DNA of 38,192 bases, from positions 1 to 38,192 of the forward strand of contig CAMYJL010000002.1 of NCBI GenBank assembly GCA_947258645.1, given 5' to 3'. This DNA is from an uncultured Nitrospinota bacterium (GTDB taxonomy: Bacteria > UBA8248). The notes under the pieces are model-generated. The model saw only the letters and a list, made by a program, of their open reading frames with translations, did not search any database and had not been told where the DNA came from. The position numbers were made by a program, and so were the translations under genes. How positions within the stretch are numbered: the first letter of the stretch is position 1; each line of letters opens with the position of its first letter. Below are positions 7,663-22,315 of the stretch, piece after piece.

Positions 7663-8958
7663 CTACTCCTTATCGAGCCGCATCCGCAAGGCCCGCGCGT
7701 GCCCGGGCAGCCCCTCGAGGTCGGCCAGCGCCGCCGCGGGGCCGGCGAGGCGCTTCGAGGCCTTCTCATCGAAGCGGACCACGCTCGTCCACTTGATGAA
7801 GTCGAGCACCCCGAGCGGCGAGGCGTACCGCGCCGCCCGCCCGGTGGGCAGGACATGATTGGGGCCCGCGATGTAATCGCCCAGCGGCACCGGGCTCCAC
7901 GGCCCGCAGAAGATCGCCCCCGCGTTCCGCACTTTTCCGGCGAACGATTCGGCGTTTTCGATCATGAGTTCCAGATGCTCGGGTGCTACGCTCTCAACCG
8001 CTTGGAGCGCCTCATCCAGATTTTTCACCTCAACGATCACGCCGCGCTTTTTTAGCGCCGCTTCGATCACCTCCCGCCGGTCGGTTCCTGCGAGTTGGGC
8101 GTTCATTTCTTTTTCCAGCGCATCGGCGGCCGCGCTTCCGACCGCAACCCCGACCGCCATCGCCTCCGGGTCGTGCTCCGCCTGGGCGATCATGTCGGCG
8201 GCGGCCCATTTCGCATTCTCGGGATCGTCCAGAACAACAACGACCTCGCTCGGGCCCGCTTCCTTGTCGATGTCCACCTCGCCGCGCACGAGGCGCTTCG
8301 CCGTAGTCACATAAACATTTCCGGGACCGACGATTTTATCCACCTTCGGAATCGACGAGGTGCCGTAGGCCATCGCGGCGATCGCCTGTGCCCCGCCGAC
8401 GCGGAAAACTTTCTCGACACCCGCGATCTTCGCCGCTCCGAGGACCGAGGCGGGCACGCTTCCGTCCTTTTCCGGCGGCGTGCAGATCACAATCTCGTCC
8501 ACACCCGCCGCCATCGCCGCCAAGCCGCTCATCAGGACGGTCGAGGGATAGGCCGCCGTCCCGCCCGGAACGTACAGGCCCACCCGCCGGAGCGGCGTCG
8601 GGCGCAGGGCGAGCTTCTCGCCGGGAGCCGGTTCGATCTCTGTTTTTTGAGGGAGTGTGGCTTCGTGGAAAATCCGGATGCGCTCCGCCGCTACTGTGAG
8701 GGCATCGCGCACTTCGGAGGAAAGCGAATTCAGCGCGCCGTCCATCTCGGCTTTCGAAACGGCGAGCGAATCTTCGGTGAGCGTCACGCCGTCGAACTGC
8801 TGCGTGTACCGGATGAGCGCCGGATCCCCTTCGCCTCGCACCGCTTCGAGGACGGGCCGCACAATCGCTTCGGCCTCGCCGAGCGCTCCTTCACCGGCCA
8901 TCGCCAGCGCGTTTAAAGCGGATGCGGCATCATCGGAGCCCCATTGGACCCGCCTCAT
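7663..8958 (-). CDS. hisD: Histidinol dehydrogenase
   Basis: [52 protein letters not shown] at 8958 overlaps the hisG stop (ATGA). Confidence 0.96.
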   Translation of the reverse strand: MRRVQWGSDDAASALNALAMAGEGALGEAEAIVRPVLEAVRGEGDPALIRYTQQFDGVTLTEDSLAVSKAEMDGALNSLSSEVRDALTVAAERIRIFHEATLPQKTEIEPAPGEKLALRPTPLRRVGLYVPGGTAAYPSTVLMSGLAAMAAGVDEIVICTPPEKDGSVPASVLGAAKIAGVEKVFRVGGAQAIAAMAYGTSSIPKVDKIVGPGNVYVTTAKRLVRGEVDIDKEAGPSEVVVVLDDPENAKWAAADMIAQAEHDPEAMAVGVAVGSAAADALEKEMNAQLAGTDRREVIEAALKKRGVIVEVKNLDEALQAVESVAPEHLELMIENAESFAGKVRNAGAIFCGPWSPVPLGDYIAGPNHVLPTGRAARYASPLGVLDFIKWTSVVRFDEKASKRLAGPAAALADLEGLPGHARALRMRLDKE

Positions 8959-9632
8959 CGCCGCTTCTTCTTCTGGGGCCTGCAGACTTTTTTGAGGGAA
9001 GAGATGAAGGCGCTCACGCGGTCGTGCTTGGTCTTGAGGCTGGCGCGGTTCACGATGAGGCGCGCGGTGGCGCTGAAAATCTCCTTGACCGCGACGAGGT
9101 TGTTCGCCTTGAGCGTGCTGCCCGTCTCCACGAGGTCCACGACGACATCGGCGACCCCGGTGGCGGGGGCGATCTCGACGTTTCCGTAGAGGCGGACCAT
9201 CTGGGCCTGAATCCCCTGATCCGCGAAAAAGCGCGCGGCGATGGCGGGGAACTTCGTCGCGACGCGGAGCTCCATGCGCTTCGTCAGGTCTTCCCACATC
9301 ATGCCCTCGGGAACGGCGACGATCATGCGGCAGGGCGCGAAGTGAAGGTCCACCGGCTCGTAAACCTCCCGCCCCTGCTCGAGAAGGACGTCTTTTCCGA
9401 TGACGCCGAGATCCGCCGCGCCGCGCTCAACGTAGGTCGGCACGTCGGTGTTGCGGAGGATCAGGGTTCGCACGCCCGTCCCCTTGTCGATGTGGATGAG
9501 GGTGCGGGACTTGTCCGAGATGGCCCGGGACAAAAGCTCCGCCTCCATCAGGCGCTCGATCGCTGTCGTGAATATCCGCCCCTTCGGGAGGGCCAGCGTG
9601 AGGCCGTTCGCCGTCTTTTTTGCCGCGGTCAT
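8955..9632 (-). CDS. hisG: ATP phosphoribosyltransferase, short form (HisZ-dependent)
   Basis: LALPKGR, DVPTYVE.G.ADLG, VATKF, DLVETGSTL. 225 aa with no C-terminal regulatory domain. Confidence 0.96.
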   Translation of the reverse strand: MTAAKKTANGLTLALPKGRIFTTAIERLMEAELLSRAISDKSRTLIHIDKGTGVRTLILRNTDVPTYVERGAADLGVIGKDVLLEQGREVYEPVDLHFAPCRMIVAVPEGMMWEDLTKRMELRVATKFPAIAARFFADQGIQAQMVRLYGNVEIAPATGVADVVVDLVETGSTLKANNLVAVKEIFSATARLIVNRASLKTKHDRVSAFISSLKKVCRPQKKKRR

Positions 9633-10888
9633 GATTCCGCCACCCGTTCGATGTCCGCCCCGAGCGTCCGCAGGCGCTCCTCGATGCGCTCATAGCCCCG
9701 GTCAATGTGGTAGATCCGGCGGAGCACGGTTTCCCCTTCGGCCGCCAGGCCCGCGAGCACCAGCGAGGCGCTCGCCCGCAAATCCGTCGCCATGACGGTC
9801 GCGCCCTTGAGCGAGGGAACCCCCTCGACGTGGGCCGTTCGCCCGTCGATGTTGATACACGCGCCCATCCGGATCAACTCGGCCGCGTGCATGAAGCGGT
9901 TCTCGAAGATCGTCTCGGTGATGGCGCAGGCGCCCTCCGCCAGCGTCATCAGCGCCATGAACTGCGCCTGAAGGTCTGTCGGAAAGCCCGGGTAGGCGGC
10001 CGTCTTGATACTGACCGGGCGGACGCCCCCGCCGTTTTTCACCCGGACCCAATCGTTCCCCTCGGTGACTTCCAGCCCCGCCTCCCGAAGGCGCAGCGTG
10101 AGGGAGCGGACATGATCCGGCTCGCATCGCCGGGCCGTGACATCGCCCCCCGTGATGGCGGCGCCGATCATGAAGGTTCCCGTCTCGATCCGGTCGGGCG
10201 GGACTTCGACCTCGAATCCCGAGAGCCGCTCCACCCCCTCGATCATGACGACCGGCGTTCCGGCCCCCTGAATCCGCGCGCCCATCCCGTTCAACAGCTC
10301 GGCGAGGGCGACGACTTCGGGCTCCTGGGCGGCGTTTTCGAGAACCGTGATCCCGTCGGCCAGCGCCGCCGCCATCAGGAGATTTTTCGTCCCCGTCACC
10401 GTGATCATATCGAACAAGATGCGCACGCCGCGAAGGCGGTCGGCACGGACGTTGACATAGCCCTCCTTGAGCTCGATTTCGGCCCCCATGAGCTCCAGCG
10501 CCTTTAAGTGTTGATCGATGGGCCGCGCGCCGATAGCACACCCGCCGGGCAGGGAGACCCGGACGTGCCCGAAGCGCGCGAGCAGCGGGCCCAACACCAT
10601 GACCGATGCCCGCATGGTCCGCACCAGGTCGTAGGGGGCGGTTCCGGTACGCGCGCCCGATGTGTCGATCTCAACAACGCCTGCGCCTTTTTTTTCGCAG
10701 CGAAGCCCGAATTCCGTCAGAAGGTTCAGGAAAGTTTCCGTGTCGCGCAGGCAGGGCACCCGGCTGATGCGGCAGGGCCCCTCGGCCAGAAGAGAGGCCG
10801 CGAGAATGGGAAGGGTCGCGTTCTTCGAGCCCGCCACCTCGACTTCCCCGCGGAGCGGCTTTCCGCCGCGTATGCAGAATTGATCCAC
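9629..10888 (-). CDS. murA: UDP-N-acetylglucosamine 1-carboxyvinyltransferase
   Basis: GSKNATLP, MRAS, LPGGCAIGARP (catalytic Cys), PDRIE, YPGFPTDLQ, DLRA, HIDRGY. Confidence 0.98.
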   Translation of the reverse strand: MDQFCIRGGKPLRGEVEVAGSKNATLPILAASLLAEGPCRISRVPCLRDTETFLNLLTEFGLRCEKKGAGVVEIDTSGARTGTAPYDLVRTMRASVMVLGPLLARFGHVRVSLPGGCAIGARPIDQHLKALELMGAEIELKEGYVNVRADRLRGVRILFDMITVTGTKNLLMAAALADGITVLENAAQEPEVVALAELLNGMGARIQGAGTPVVMIEGVERLSGFEVEVPPDRIETGTFMIGAAITGGDVTARRCEPDHVRSLTLRLREAGLEVTEGNDWVRVKNGGGVRPVSIKTAAYPGFPTDLQAQFMALMTLAEGACAITETIFENRFMHAAELIRMGACINIDGRTAHVEGVPSLKGATVMATDLRASASLVLAGLAAEGETVLRRIYHIDRGYERIEERLRTLGADIERVAES

Positions 10889-10891
10889 GCT

Positions 10892-11782
10892 TCAGGCCTT
10901 CACCGCTTCGAGGACGCGATCCCGGCCGGCGAGATCCTGCCGGACTTCCGGCTCGCGAAACGCGCGCGTGAGGCGCACCTCCACCGCGCACCGGGAAATT
11001 TGATCCGGGTCCATCTCCAGCAGGAGGACGCCTCCGCTTCGGAGCCACCCGGGCGCCCCGCAGACGATCCTCCGGAGACAGTTCATTCCGTCCGGCCCGC
11101 CGTCCAGCGCCTCTCGGGGCTCATGGCGCGACACTTCCGGCATGAGCGATTCGATCGCCCCCGAAGGAACATAAGGCGGATTCGAAACAACAGCGTCAAA
11201 GGGCTCTCCCCCGGGCAGGCCGTCGAGCCAGTCCGCCCGGTGAAATGCGATCCGCCCCGCCACCCCGTTGGCGGCCGCGTTGTCTTGGGCCAGCCGAAGC
11301 GTTTTTTCGCTCATATCCGTCGCCACCACACGCGCCCCCGGCACCTCTTTCGCGAACGCTACGGCGATGGCCCCGCTTCCCGTCCCCAAGTCGAGGATGC
11401 GCGGCGCGTCATACTCCCGCAGAAGGGCCACCGCGCGCTCGACGATGAGCTCGGTCTCCGGCCTCGGGATCAGGCTCCCGGGGGCAACCCGGAACGGGAG
11501 GGACCAGAACTCGCGCTCCCCCAGAATGTAGGCCAGCGGCTCTCTCTTCTCCCGCCGGGAGGCGGCCTCGGCCACGCGCGACGCGGCCTCGCCGGGGAGG
11601 ACATCTTCCGGGTGCGTGTGGAGGCGGGCGCGATCCCAACCGAGCGCCCGGCACAAAATCGCCGCCGCGTCGGTGGCGGGGTTTTCGATGCCGGCGGCGG
11701 AAACCCGGCGCTTCAACTCATCAAGCTTCTCGCCCAGAGAGCCGGCAGGCCAGCACTTTTTCTCAAGCGGCACGGCGCTCAT
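10892..11782 (-). CDS. prmC: Release factor glutamine methyltransferase
   Basis: [35 protein letters not shown]. Directly downstream of prfA. Confidence 0.96.
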   Translation of the reverse strand: MSAVPLEKKCWPAGSLGEKLDELKRRVSAAGIENPATDAAAILCRALGWDRARLHTHPEDVLPGEAASRVAEAASRREKREPLAYILGEREFWSLPFRVAPGSLIPRPETELIVERAVALLREYDAPRILDLGTGSGAIAVAFAKEVPGARVVATDMSEKTLRLAQDNAAANGVAGRIAFHRADWLDGLPGGEPFDAVVSNPPYVPSGAIESLMPEVSRHEPREALDGGPDGMNCLRRIVCGAPGWLRSGGVLLLEMDPDQISRCAVEVRLTRAFREPEVRQDLAGRDRVLEAVKA

Positions 11783-12873
11783 TCGGCGGACTCCTCTGAC
11801 TCTCCGCTCCCCTCGAACTCGGCGAGCCGCTCGGCCTCGCGGGTTTCGATGACCCGCTGAACCATCTCGGCGATCTCGCCCTGCAGGAAACCCTCCAGGC
11901 CGTGCTGCGAATGTCCGATACGGTGGTCGGTCACCCGATCCTGCGGAAAGTTGTAGGTGCGGATGCGGTCGCTGCGGTCGCCGGAGCCGATCAGGCTCTT
12001 GCGTTGGGCAGAGCGCTCTTCGTTCTGCTTGCGGGTCTCCATATCGAGCAGGTGCGACGCGAGAATCTTCATCGCCTTGGCCCGGTTTTTGTGCTGGCTT
12101 TTCTCATCCTGGCAGGTCACGACGAGACCCGTCGGCACATGGGTGATGCGGACGGCGGAGTCGGTGGTGTTCACGCTCTGCCCCCCCGGACCCGACGAGC
12201 GGTACACGTCGATCCGAAGCTCGTTCTCGTCCATGTCCACTTCGACTTCTTCCGCCTCGGGGAGGATGGCCACGGTGGCCGCCGAGGTGTGGATGCGCCC
12301 TTGGCTTTCGGTCACGGGAACCCGCTGCACGCGGTGTGTTCCGCTCTCGAATTTCAACTGGCTGTATGCGCCCGCCCCCTTGATCAGGGCGGCCACCTCT
12401 TTCACGCCGCCCAGGTTGTTTTCGTTCCGGTAGAGCTCTTCGACACCCCAACCCCGATTCTCGGCGTAGCGCGAATACATCCTGTACAGATCGGTCGCAA
12501 AAAGGGCGGCCTCGTCGCCGCCGGTTCCGGCCCGGACTTCGATGATGACGTTTTTATCGTCGTTCGGATCCTTGGGGAGCATCAGCTTGCGGAGACGCAG
12601 CGTGATTTCCTCGAGCCGGGGCTCGTGCTCTTCGATTTCGGCCTTCGCGAGATTGCGCATCTCGGGATCGGCGTCGTCCAGAAGCGCACGCGCGTCCTCG
12701 AGCGCCTCTAGGCAGGATCGCAGTTCGCCGTACACTTCGACGATTCGCGAAAGCTCTTTGTGCTCGCGGGCCGTGGACTCGAATTTCTTGCGGTCCTTCA
12801 CAAGAGCGGGATCAGAAAGACGCTCTTCGAGGTGCTTGTGTTTTTCGATGATCTGATCGAGTTTTTCAAACAT
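11779..12873 (-). CDS. prfA: Peptide chain release factor 1
   Basis: [16 protein letters not shown] (PxT motif of RF1), [15 protein letters not shown]. Alternative GTG start at 12897. Confidence 0.98.
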   Translation of the reverse strand: MFEKLDQIIEKHKHLEERLSDPALVKDRKKFESTAREHKELSRIVEVYGELRSCLEALEDARALLDDADPEMRNLAKAEIEEHEPRLEEITLRLRKLMLPKDPNDDKNVIIEVRAGTGGDEAALFATDLYRMYSRYAENRGWGVEELYRNENNLGGVKEVAALIKGAGAYSQLKFESGTHRVQRVPVTESQGRIHTSAATVAILPEAEEVEVDMDENELRIDVYRSSGPGGQSVNTTDSAVRITHVPTGLVVTCQDEKSQHKNRAKAMKILASHLLDMETRKQNEERSAQRKSLIGSGDRSDRIRTYNFPQDRVTDHRIGHSQHGLEGFLQGEIAEMVQRVIETREAERLAEFEGSGESEESAE

Positions 12874-12967
12874 GTTGGATGAGGTTCCCTCCCCCACAGG
12901 GCGCGGGAAAGTTATCAGCGCTGAGGAAGCGAAGCGCTACGGGACGGCCTCAATTCGAAGGAAAAAA

Positions 12968-13465
12968 TCAGGACTGCTCGGGGGCCTCGGGGGTTGCTTC
13001 CGCTTCCGACTCTCCGGATTCCGCGACTGCTGGTTTCGCCTCTGACGGAGGGGCGGCCTGCTCTTCTTCTTTGGGTGCTTCCTGGGCGGCTTTGGCTTCC
13101 TGGGCGGCCCTTCGGGCGGCCTGTTCTTCCTTGCGCCGCTCCCGGGCTTCCTCGCGGGCCTTTTTGTCTTCGGCGGCCTGCTTAGCCTCCCGCTCGATCC
13201 GGGCGGTCTCGTCGGCCTCGCGAGACGCTATCTTTCTCTTGCGTTTGGATACGCGCGCTTCCTTGCCCTGGAATTTCTTGACGAACTTCTCGACGCGGCC
13301 TTCGGTGTCGATGATCCGGGACTGTTTTCCGGTGTAGAACGGATGGCAGCTCGAGCATACCTCGATGCGATAGTCCTGCGCCGTCGAGTGCATGACAAAC
13401 TCGGTGCTGCAGCCGCTGCACGTGACCTTCACTTCTTTCAACTCGGGATGAACTTCCGCCTTCAC
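12968..13465 (-). CDS. rpmE: 50S ribosomal protein L31 (Zn-binding type) with long C-terminal extension
   Basis: MKAEVHP, CSGC, CSSCHPFYTGK, GRVEKF. Conserved rho-rpmE-prfA position. GAGGAG SD. Confidence 0.95.
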   Translation of the reverse strand: MKAEVHPELKEVKVTCSGCSTEFVMHSTAQDYRIEVCSSCHPFYTGKQSRIIDTEGRVEKFVKKFQGKEARVSKRKRKIASREADETARIEREAKQAAEDKKAREEARERRKEEQAARRAAQEAKAAQEAPKEEEQAAPPSEAKPAVAESGESEAEATPEAPEQS

Positions 13466-13551
13466 CGGACTTCACTCCTCATTAAAAAATCTTTTCGCCT
13501 CTTCTTCGCTTGGCATACAGTCCCAGCGCCCGACTCCGCGCGAGAGGCGTT

Positions 13552-13580
13552 TTTATACAGAATGTACCCCCCCTTGTCCA
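13552..13580 (-). promoter_or_regulatory. Sigma70-type promoter for the rpmE-prfA-prmC-murA-his run
   Basis: TGGACA-17 nt-TATAAA about 90 nt upstream of rpmE. Confidence 0.6.
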
Positions 13581-13661
13581 CCCAAAGGCGGAAGGGGATA
13601 AATTCCCTAAATTTACAGGAATTCAGGGGACGAACCGGCGCGCACCGGCCCCCGCTCCCCG

Positions 13662-14942
<1,281 letters not shown>

Positions 14943-15399
14943 TCCTTCCTTCTCCTTACCTGGTGGGCATATCTTCGCCGCCCGTGATGTGGGACAGCGC
15001 CGGGACTGGCGCCGCCATTGCCACACCCGCAGCAGGGAGGCCTTTTCCGATGGCCTCAAGCGGCGAATAACCGATAATTCGTGAATTCTTCACGGGTTTC
15101 ATTCGTTGTAAAAACTGGGCGGCATTCCAATGATTCCAGACGACGCTCTTTCGTTTAGGCTCAATTCTTCGTCAATGTAAGTTTGCGGGATGTGATTATG
15201 TCCAAGGATTCGCTATTCGAGCAGTGAAAATGTTCCAATATCGACGAGACGTGCCACACCAGCGAATACTTCTCACCCGGTCTTGCGCCAAATCATGTCA
15301 ACTGAATTTGGTATGTGGCTTCCGGAAAAGTGGGCGAAACGCTGAAAGGAATCGATACAACCGGGCCATAAGTCACTTTAAGACCAGCGGAATGTTTTG

Positions 15400-16026
15400 T
15401 CAATCCTTTCCGGAACTTTTTTCCTCGCCCTTTTTTCGCAGCCACAGGGCCAATTCCGCCACCTGACCCTCCAACTCCTGGAGGCTGCCCCGGTTATTGA
15501 CAACCCGGCCGGCGAATTTCACCTTTTCGGAAAGGGGCATCTGGGCCTTCACACGCTCCAGAGCCGCCGGAGCGTCCAGGCCGTTTCGCAGCCGGAGCCG
15601 CTCCACCTGCTGATCTTCATCGCAGTCCACCACGACGATCAGGTCGAAACGCTTCCAGCCTCCCGATTCAATCATCAGCGCGGCGTCCACGACCGCCACG
15701 GGCGCATCGCCCTTCGCTTCGAGCCCGGCCAGCCATCGATCCTGTTCGGCCTGAATCATCGGATGGAGAATTTCTTCCAGCGCGCGCCGCTTGGTTTCGT
15801 CGGAAAATACCATTTGCCCCAGCCGCGCCCGGTCCAGACTTCCGTCGGCGGTCAGAATTTCAGGACCCATCTTCCGGACAATGGCCGCGAGCGCCTCTGA
15901 ACCCGGCGCCACCAGATCGCGTGATATTTGATCGGAATCGATTACGGGGATGCCGCCTTGAACGAGCAACCGCCCCACCGTGCTCTTGCCGCTGGCGATT
16001 CCGCCCGTGAGACCGACGCGAAACAA
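15400..16026 (-). CDS. coaE: Dephospho-CoA kinase
   Basis: VGLTGGIASGKS, LDR..LG..VF, ILHP, QMP..EK. Confidence 0.95.
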   Translation of the reverse strand: MFRVGLTGGIASGKSTVGRLLVQGGIPVIDSDQISRDLVAPGSEALAAIVRKMGPEILTADGSLDRARLGQMVFSDETKRRALEEILHPMIQAEQDRWLAGLEAKGDAPVAVVDAALMIESGGWKRFDLIVVVDCDEDQQVERLRLRNGLDAPAALERVKAQMPLSEKVKFAGRVVNNRGSLQELEGQVAELALWLRKKGEEKSSGKD

Positions 16027-16082
16027 TCTCGCTCCTTCTCCGGCGTCAGACGGTCACTCCATGCCGGAACGACAGCGGCCGC

Positions 16083-16358
16083 TCATACGCCGCGGCGCTT
16101 CGATTCCTGCTCATAGTGTTTGTTGTAGAGAATCTCCCACTCCCGGGTTCCCTCGAGGAGCTTACTGGAGTAAGTGCTCAGAACCCGGCGGACTTCCTCG
16201 TCGATCTCATCGTCGATCGTCAGTTCGTTCGTGATCGCCCGAACGACGTTGATCCGGACATCCGTGGAGTCGGTCTGAACCGAAACATCTTCGGAGTCTT
16301 CCATATCCTTGACGATGATATTGGAAAGGTGATTGATCTTCTCGCGGTTGATTCGCAC
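16083..16358 (-). CDS. DUF507-family small protein
   Basis: 91 aa, MRINREKINHLS...IDDEIDEEVRRVL. Resembles the adjacent gene. AAGGAGG SD. Confidence 0.75.
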   Translation of the reverse strand: MRINREKINHLSNIIVKDMEDSEDVSVQTDSTDVRINVVRAITNELTIDDEIDEEVRRVLSTYSSKLLEGTREWEILYNKHYEQESKRRGV

Positions 16359-16399
16359 CGCAACATCCTCCTTAGACGGACAGCCAACCCGCGCCGGCG

Positions 16400-16681
16400 T
16401 TACAGGACCAGATTCCGCTCCCGCGCCAGCTTGGTCTTCACCATCGTGAACATCCGGCTGTAGTCGACGTTGTCCTTATCCATCTCATCCTGGTGACTGC
16501 GAAGGATATCCTTCACTTCCTCGTTCAAACGATCTTCCACCAGGAGATCTTCTTCGATGATATGCGCAATTCTCGTGCAAAGCGCCTCCTCGCTACCCAG
16601 ACACGTGATAATCTCGCGCCTGACCAGACGATCGACGACCTTCGCCGATATCCGCTCGATCATCTCTTTTTGCAAACGCAT
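16400..16681 (-). CDS. DUF507-family small protein
   Basis: 93 aa, MRLQKEMIE...EDRLNEEVKDIL...MF.MVK.KLA.ERNLVL. GAGAGG SD. Confidence 0.8.
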   Translation of the reverse strand: MRLQKEMIERISAKVVDRLVRREIITCLGSEEALCTRIAHIIEEDLLVEDRLNEEVKDILRSHQDEMDKDNVDYSRMFTMVKTKLARERNLVL

Positions 16682-16828
16682 CTCAACACCTCTCAAACAC
16701 TCGATCAGCCCGGCACCCGATTATTCTCCCGCCCGCGCCGCAGGACGCCCCCCAGCGGCGGCAGAATCGGATAAGACTAAACATACCCAATTTGGAGGCC
16801 ATCCGCACCCCTCCGGGAGAAACCGCCG

Positions 16829-17707
16829 CTAACGGGGCGGATCCGCCTCCGGCCGCGCCCGCTCGCGGAGCGCCGAAAACACGCTCAGCGGCTGGCTGAA
16901 CTGCCCCATCCGCTCGGCGCCGATGCGCATGCCATGGCAATCCGACCCGCCCATTTCCACCAGACCGTGATGCGCGGCGAGGAGGCGGTAATGCTGCCGG
17001 ACCTCGCCCGACTGAGAGGGATGGTCCACCTCGATTCCGGCAAGCCCGGCTTCCGCCAGCCCCGGGATGATTTCATCCGCGTTGCTGAGGTTTGGATGCG
17101 CCATGGTGGCCACGCCGCCGGATTCAGCGATGATCTCCACCACCCTGACCGGCGAGACCATATCGAGCTCCACGTAGGCGGGGCCGTCCTCCCCGATGTA
17201 CCGGCGAAAGGCCTCCTCCCGCGTGTTCACGAGATTTTTTTCCAGCATATAGGCCGACAGCTGCCCCCGCCCGATGCTCCCGGCCCCATCGAATTGCCGG
17301 TAGAAATCCTCCGCCTCGACGGCAAGCCCCATCTCCCCCAGGCGCTCGATGGTCTGATCCATCCGAACCTTGCGGCTTTCCCGGTACCGGGCGATTTGGC
17401 CGGCCAGCGCCCGCGCCTCGGGGCGGATAAAATGCCCCAGGATATGAACGAGATGGCCCTCATGCACGGACGAGAGCTCGATCCCGTTCACAAACTCCAG
17501 GCCCAGGCGTTCGGCCTCGCTCCGGGCTTCGTCCAGACCGTCCACCGTGTCGTGGTCGGTCAGCGAGATCACGCGGAGCCCCGCCTGCTTCGCCCGCTCC
17601 ACGACGCGCCGGGGCGGATCGGAGCCGTCCGAGACATTCGAGTGCAGGTGGAGGTCCACTACCCGGGAATTTTCGGAAATATCGGGAGAAAAAGAGTCTG
17701 CTGACAT
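16829..17707 (-). CDS. PHP domain metal-dependent phosphoesterase (TrpH/YciV-like)
   Basis: DLHLHS..SDG, TDHDT, GIELS, HILG, AHP, GGSDCHG. Confidence 0.92.
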   Translation of the reverse strand: MSADSFSPDISENSRVVDLHLHSNVSDGSDPPRRVVERAKQAGLRVISLTDHDTVDGLDEARSEAERLGLEFVNGIELSSVHEGHLVHILGHFIRPEARALAGQIARYRESRKVRMDQTIERLGEMGLAVEAEDFYRQFDGAGSIGRGQLSAYMLEKNLVNTREEAFRRYIGEDGPAYVELDMVSPVRVVEIIAESGGVATMAHPNLSNADEIIPGLAEAGLAGIEVDHPSQSGEVRQHYRLLAAHHGLVEMGGSDCHGMRIGAERMGQFSQPLSVFSALRERARPEADPPR

Positions 17708-17781
17708 TCGATCCTGTTTCGCCGGCCACCCGCGCGAGAAGAAAAATCCCCGCGCCGGGGGCTGCGGGAAATTGACACTGT

Positions 17782-17857
<76 letters not shown>

Positions 17858-17867
17858 GTACGAACAG

Positions 17868-17897
17868 ACGATAGGCCCACTTGGCTCGAAGTGTCAA
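17868..17897 (-). promoter_or_regulatory. Sigma70-type promoter for tRNA-Gly
   Basis: TTGACA-18 nt-TATCGT ending 10 nt upstream of the tRNA. Confidence 0.55.
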
Positions 17898-17910
17898 ACA
17901 ACCATTGCCC

Positions 17911-18750
17911 TCATCGGGCGAGCGTCCAGGCTGGATTCCCGTAGCGCTCCCGGGCCAGTTCTTCCGCCCGTCCGCGTTCCTCTTTTCCGAGCGGTTCGTC
18001 CTGAAAGGCGGTATCGAGCGCCTCCGCCATCCCCTCCCGAAGCGCCTGCGCCGCCTCGCCGAACGTGACCTCCCGCCCCAGCACCTCGCAAAGGCCAATC
18101 GCGTGATCGGGCGCATCCGGGCCCGGATGCGCCCCGTTCACCCCGGCCTTCCGACCGCGGAGGAGCCAGGCCAGCCTGGCCTCCGGGGAATGAAGGAGGA
18201 TGCTTCCGTGCTGGAGGACGGCCCCCCCCTCCCGGCACTGGGCGCTCCCGGCCACCTTGCGCCCGGCGATGGAGAGCTCCCAAACCGAAGTCGTCGCGAA
18301 ACACGACGCCTGCGAGGCGTAGGCCCGCCCGCTCGGCGGGGCGAACGTGACCGGCGCTCCCAGACGACGGAGCCCCCCGGCGAGCCCGGCGCTGATCCGC
18401 CGGTAGCTCTCTTCGATTGAATCGCCCAGAAGCGCCTCGGGCCCCGTCACCGAATAGGTGATCTCCCGATCGTGCAGGACGGCCCGGCCGCCCGTGAGCC
18501 TCCGGCACAGGTCCATCCCCTCCTCCGGGAGCCGGTCCACGAAAACATCCCGCTCGGCCTTTTGGTTGCGCCCGAGCGTGAGCGCGGGGGGCGACCACCC
18601 GTACACGCGGAGGGTGAGCGGCGCGTTTTCCGGTGGCGTTCCCGAGGAGAGATGCACGCGGCACGCTTCGAGGAGCAGCTCATCGACGGCCATGTTCCAG
18701 GCCGCCGTACGCGCTCCCGTGTCGATGTATCGGGCCACGATGGACTCCAT
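17911..18750 (-). CDS. Lipoate-protein ligase family protein, LipM-like octanoyltransferase
   Basis: NMAVDE.LL, LRVYGW, RRLTGGRAVLH, RKVAGSAQ, QHGSI. No C-terminal LplA domain. Follows gcvP. Confidence 0.88.
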   Translation of the reverse strand: MESIVARYIDTGARTAAWNMAVDELLLEACRVHLSSGTPPENAPLTLRVYGWSPPALTLGRNQKAERDVFVDRLPEEGMDLCRRLTGGRAVLHDREITYSVTGPEALLGDSIEESYRRISAGLAGGLRRLGAPVTFAPPSGRAYASQASCFATTSVWELSIAGRKVAGSAQCREGGAVLQHGSILLHSPEARLAWLLRGRKAGVNGAHPGPDAPDHAIGLCEVLGREVTFGEAAQALREGMAEALDTAFQDEPLGKEERGRAEELARERYGNPAWTLAR

Positions 18751-18784
18751 TGGCGGGAGGAGGAACCCTGCCCCGACACACCCG

Positions 18785-21673
<2,889 letters not shown>

Positions 21674-21834
21674 GATCAAAAATCCTCAGTCGGAGCGGCC
21701 ATGCCTCAAGCTCATACCGGCCATTTTCCATCCGCTGAAGCCGCCGCCGACTATCAAGAAAGGCGAGCGTGCCCCACCGCTTCAGCTACAGGAGCTTCGA
21801 TATGGATGAATGATGTTGAATGATGACGGGAGAA

Positions 21835-22224
21835 TCAGGCGCTCTCTTCCTCGACAAACGCCTTGTACTCATCCGCGTCCAGCAGGCCATCCACTTCGGA
21901 CGCATCGCTCATCTCGATCCGGAGCATCCAGCCGTCTTCAAACGGGTCACTGTTCACCAGCTCCGGCTCATCGTTGAGCTGCTGGTTTACTTCGGCCACC
22001 GTACCCGAAACCGGGGCGTATAGGTCCGATACCGCTTTCACCGATTCCACCACACCGAAGGTGTTGTTGGCCTCTACCTCCGCGCCCGCCTCGGGAAGCT
22101 CCACGTACACCACATCGCCGAGCTCCGACTGGGCAAAGTCCGTGATGCCGACCAATGCGACGCTGCCTTCCAGTTTGACCCACTCATGCTCGCGCGAATA
22201 CTTGAGCCCTGCAGGATATTCCAT
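21835..22224 (-). CDS. gcvH: Glycine cleavage system H protein
   Basis: [22 protein letters not shown] (lipoyl Lys). GGAGG SD before the ATG at 22224. Confidence 0.97.
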   Translation of the reverse strand: MEYPAGLKYSREHEWVKLEGSVALVGITDFAQSELGDVVYVELPEAGAEVEANNTFGVVESVKAVSDLYAPVSGTVAEVNQQLNDEPELVNSDPFEDGWMLRIEMSDASEVDGLLDADEYKAFVEEESA

Positions 22225-22315
22225 GGTCCGTTTCACCTCCCACAAAGATTGCCGAAACCAGTCTCATTCAAATCCATTTTTCATGTCACGGACTCGGGCG
22301 CCCCATGCTCCGCGT

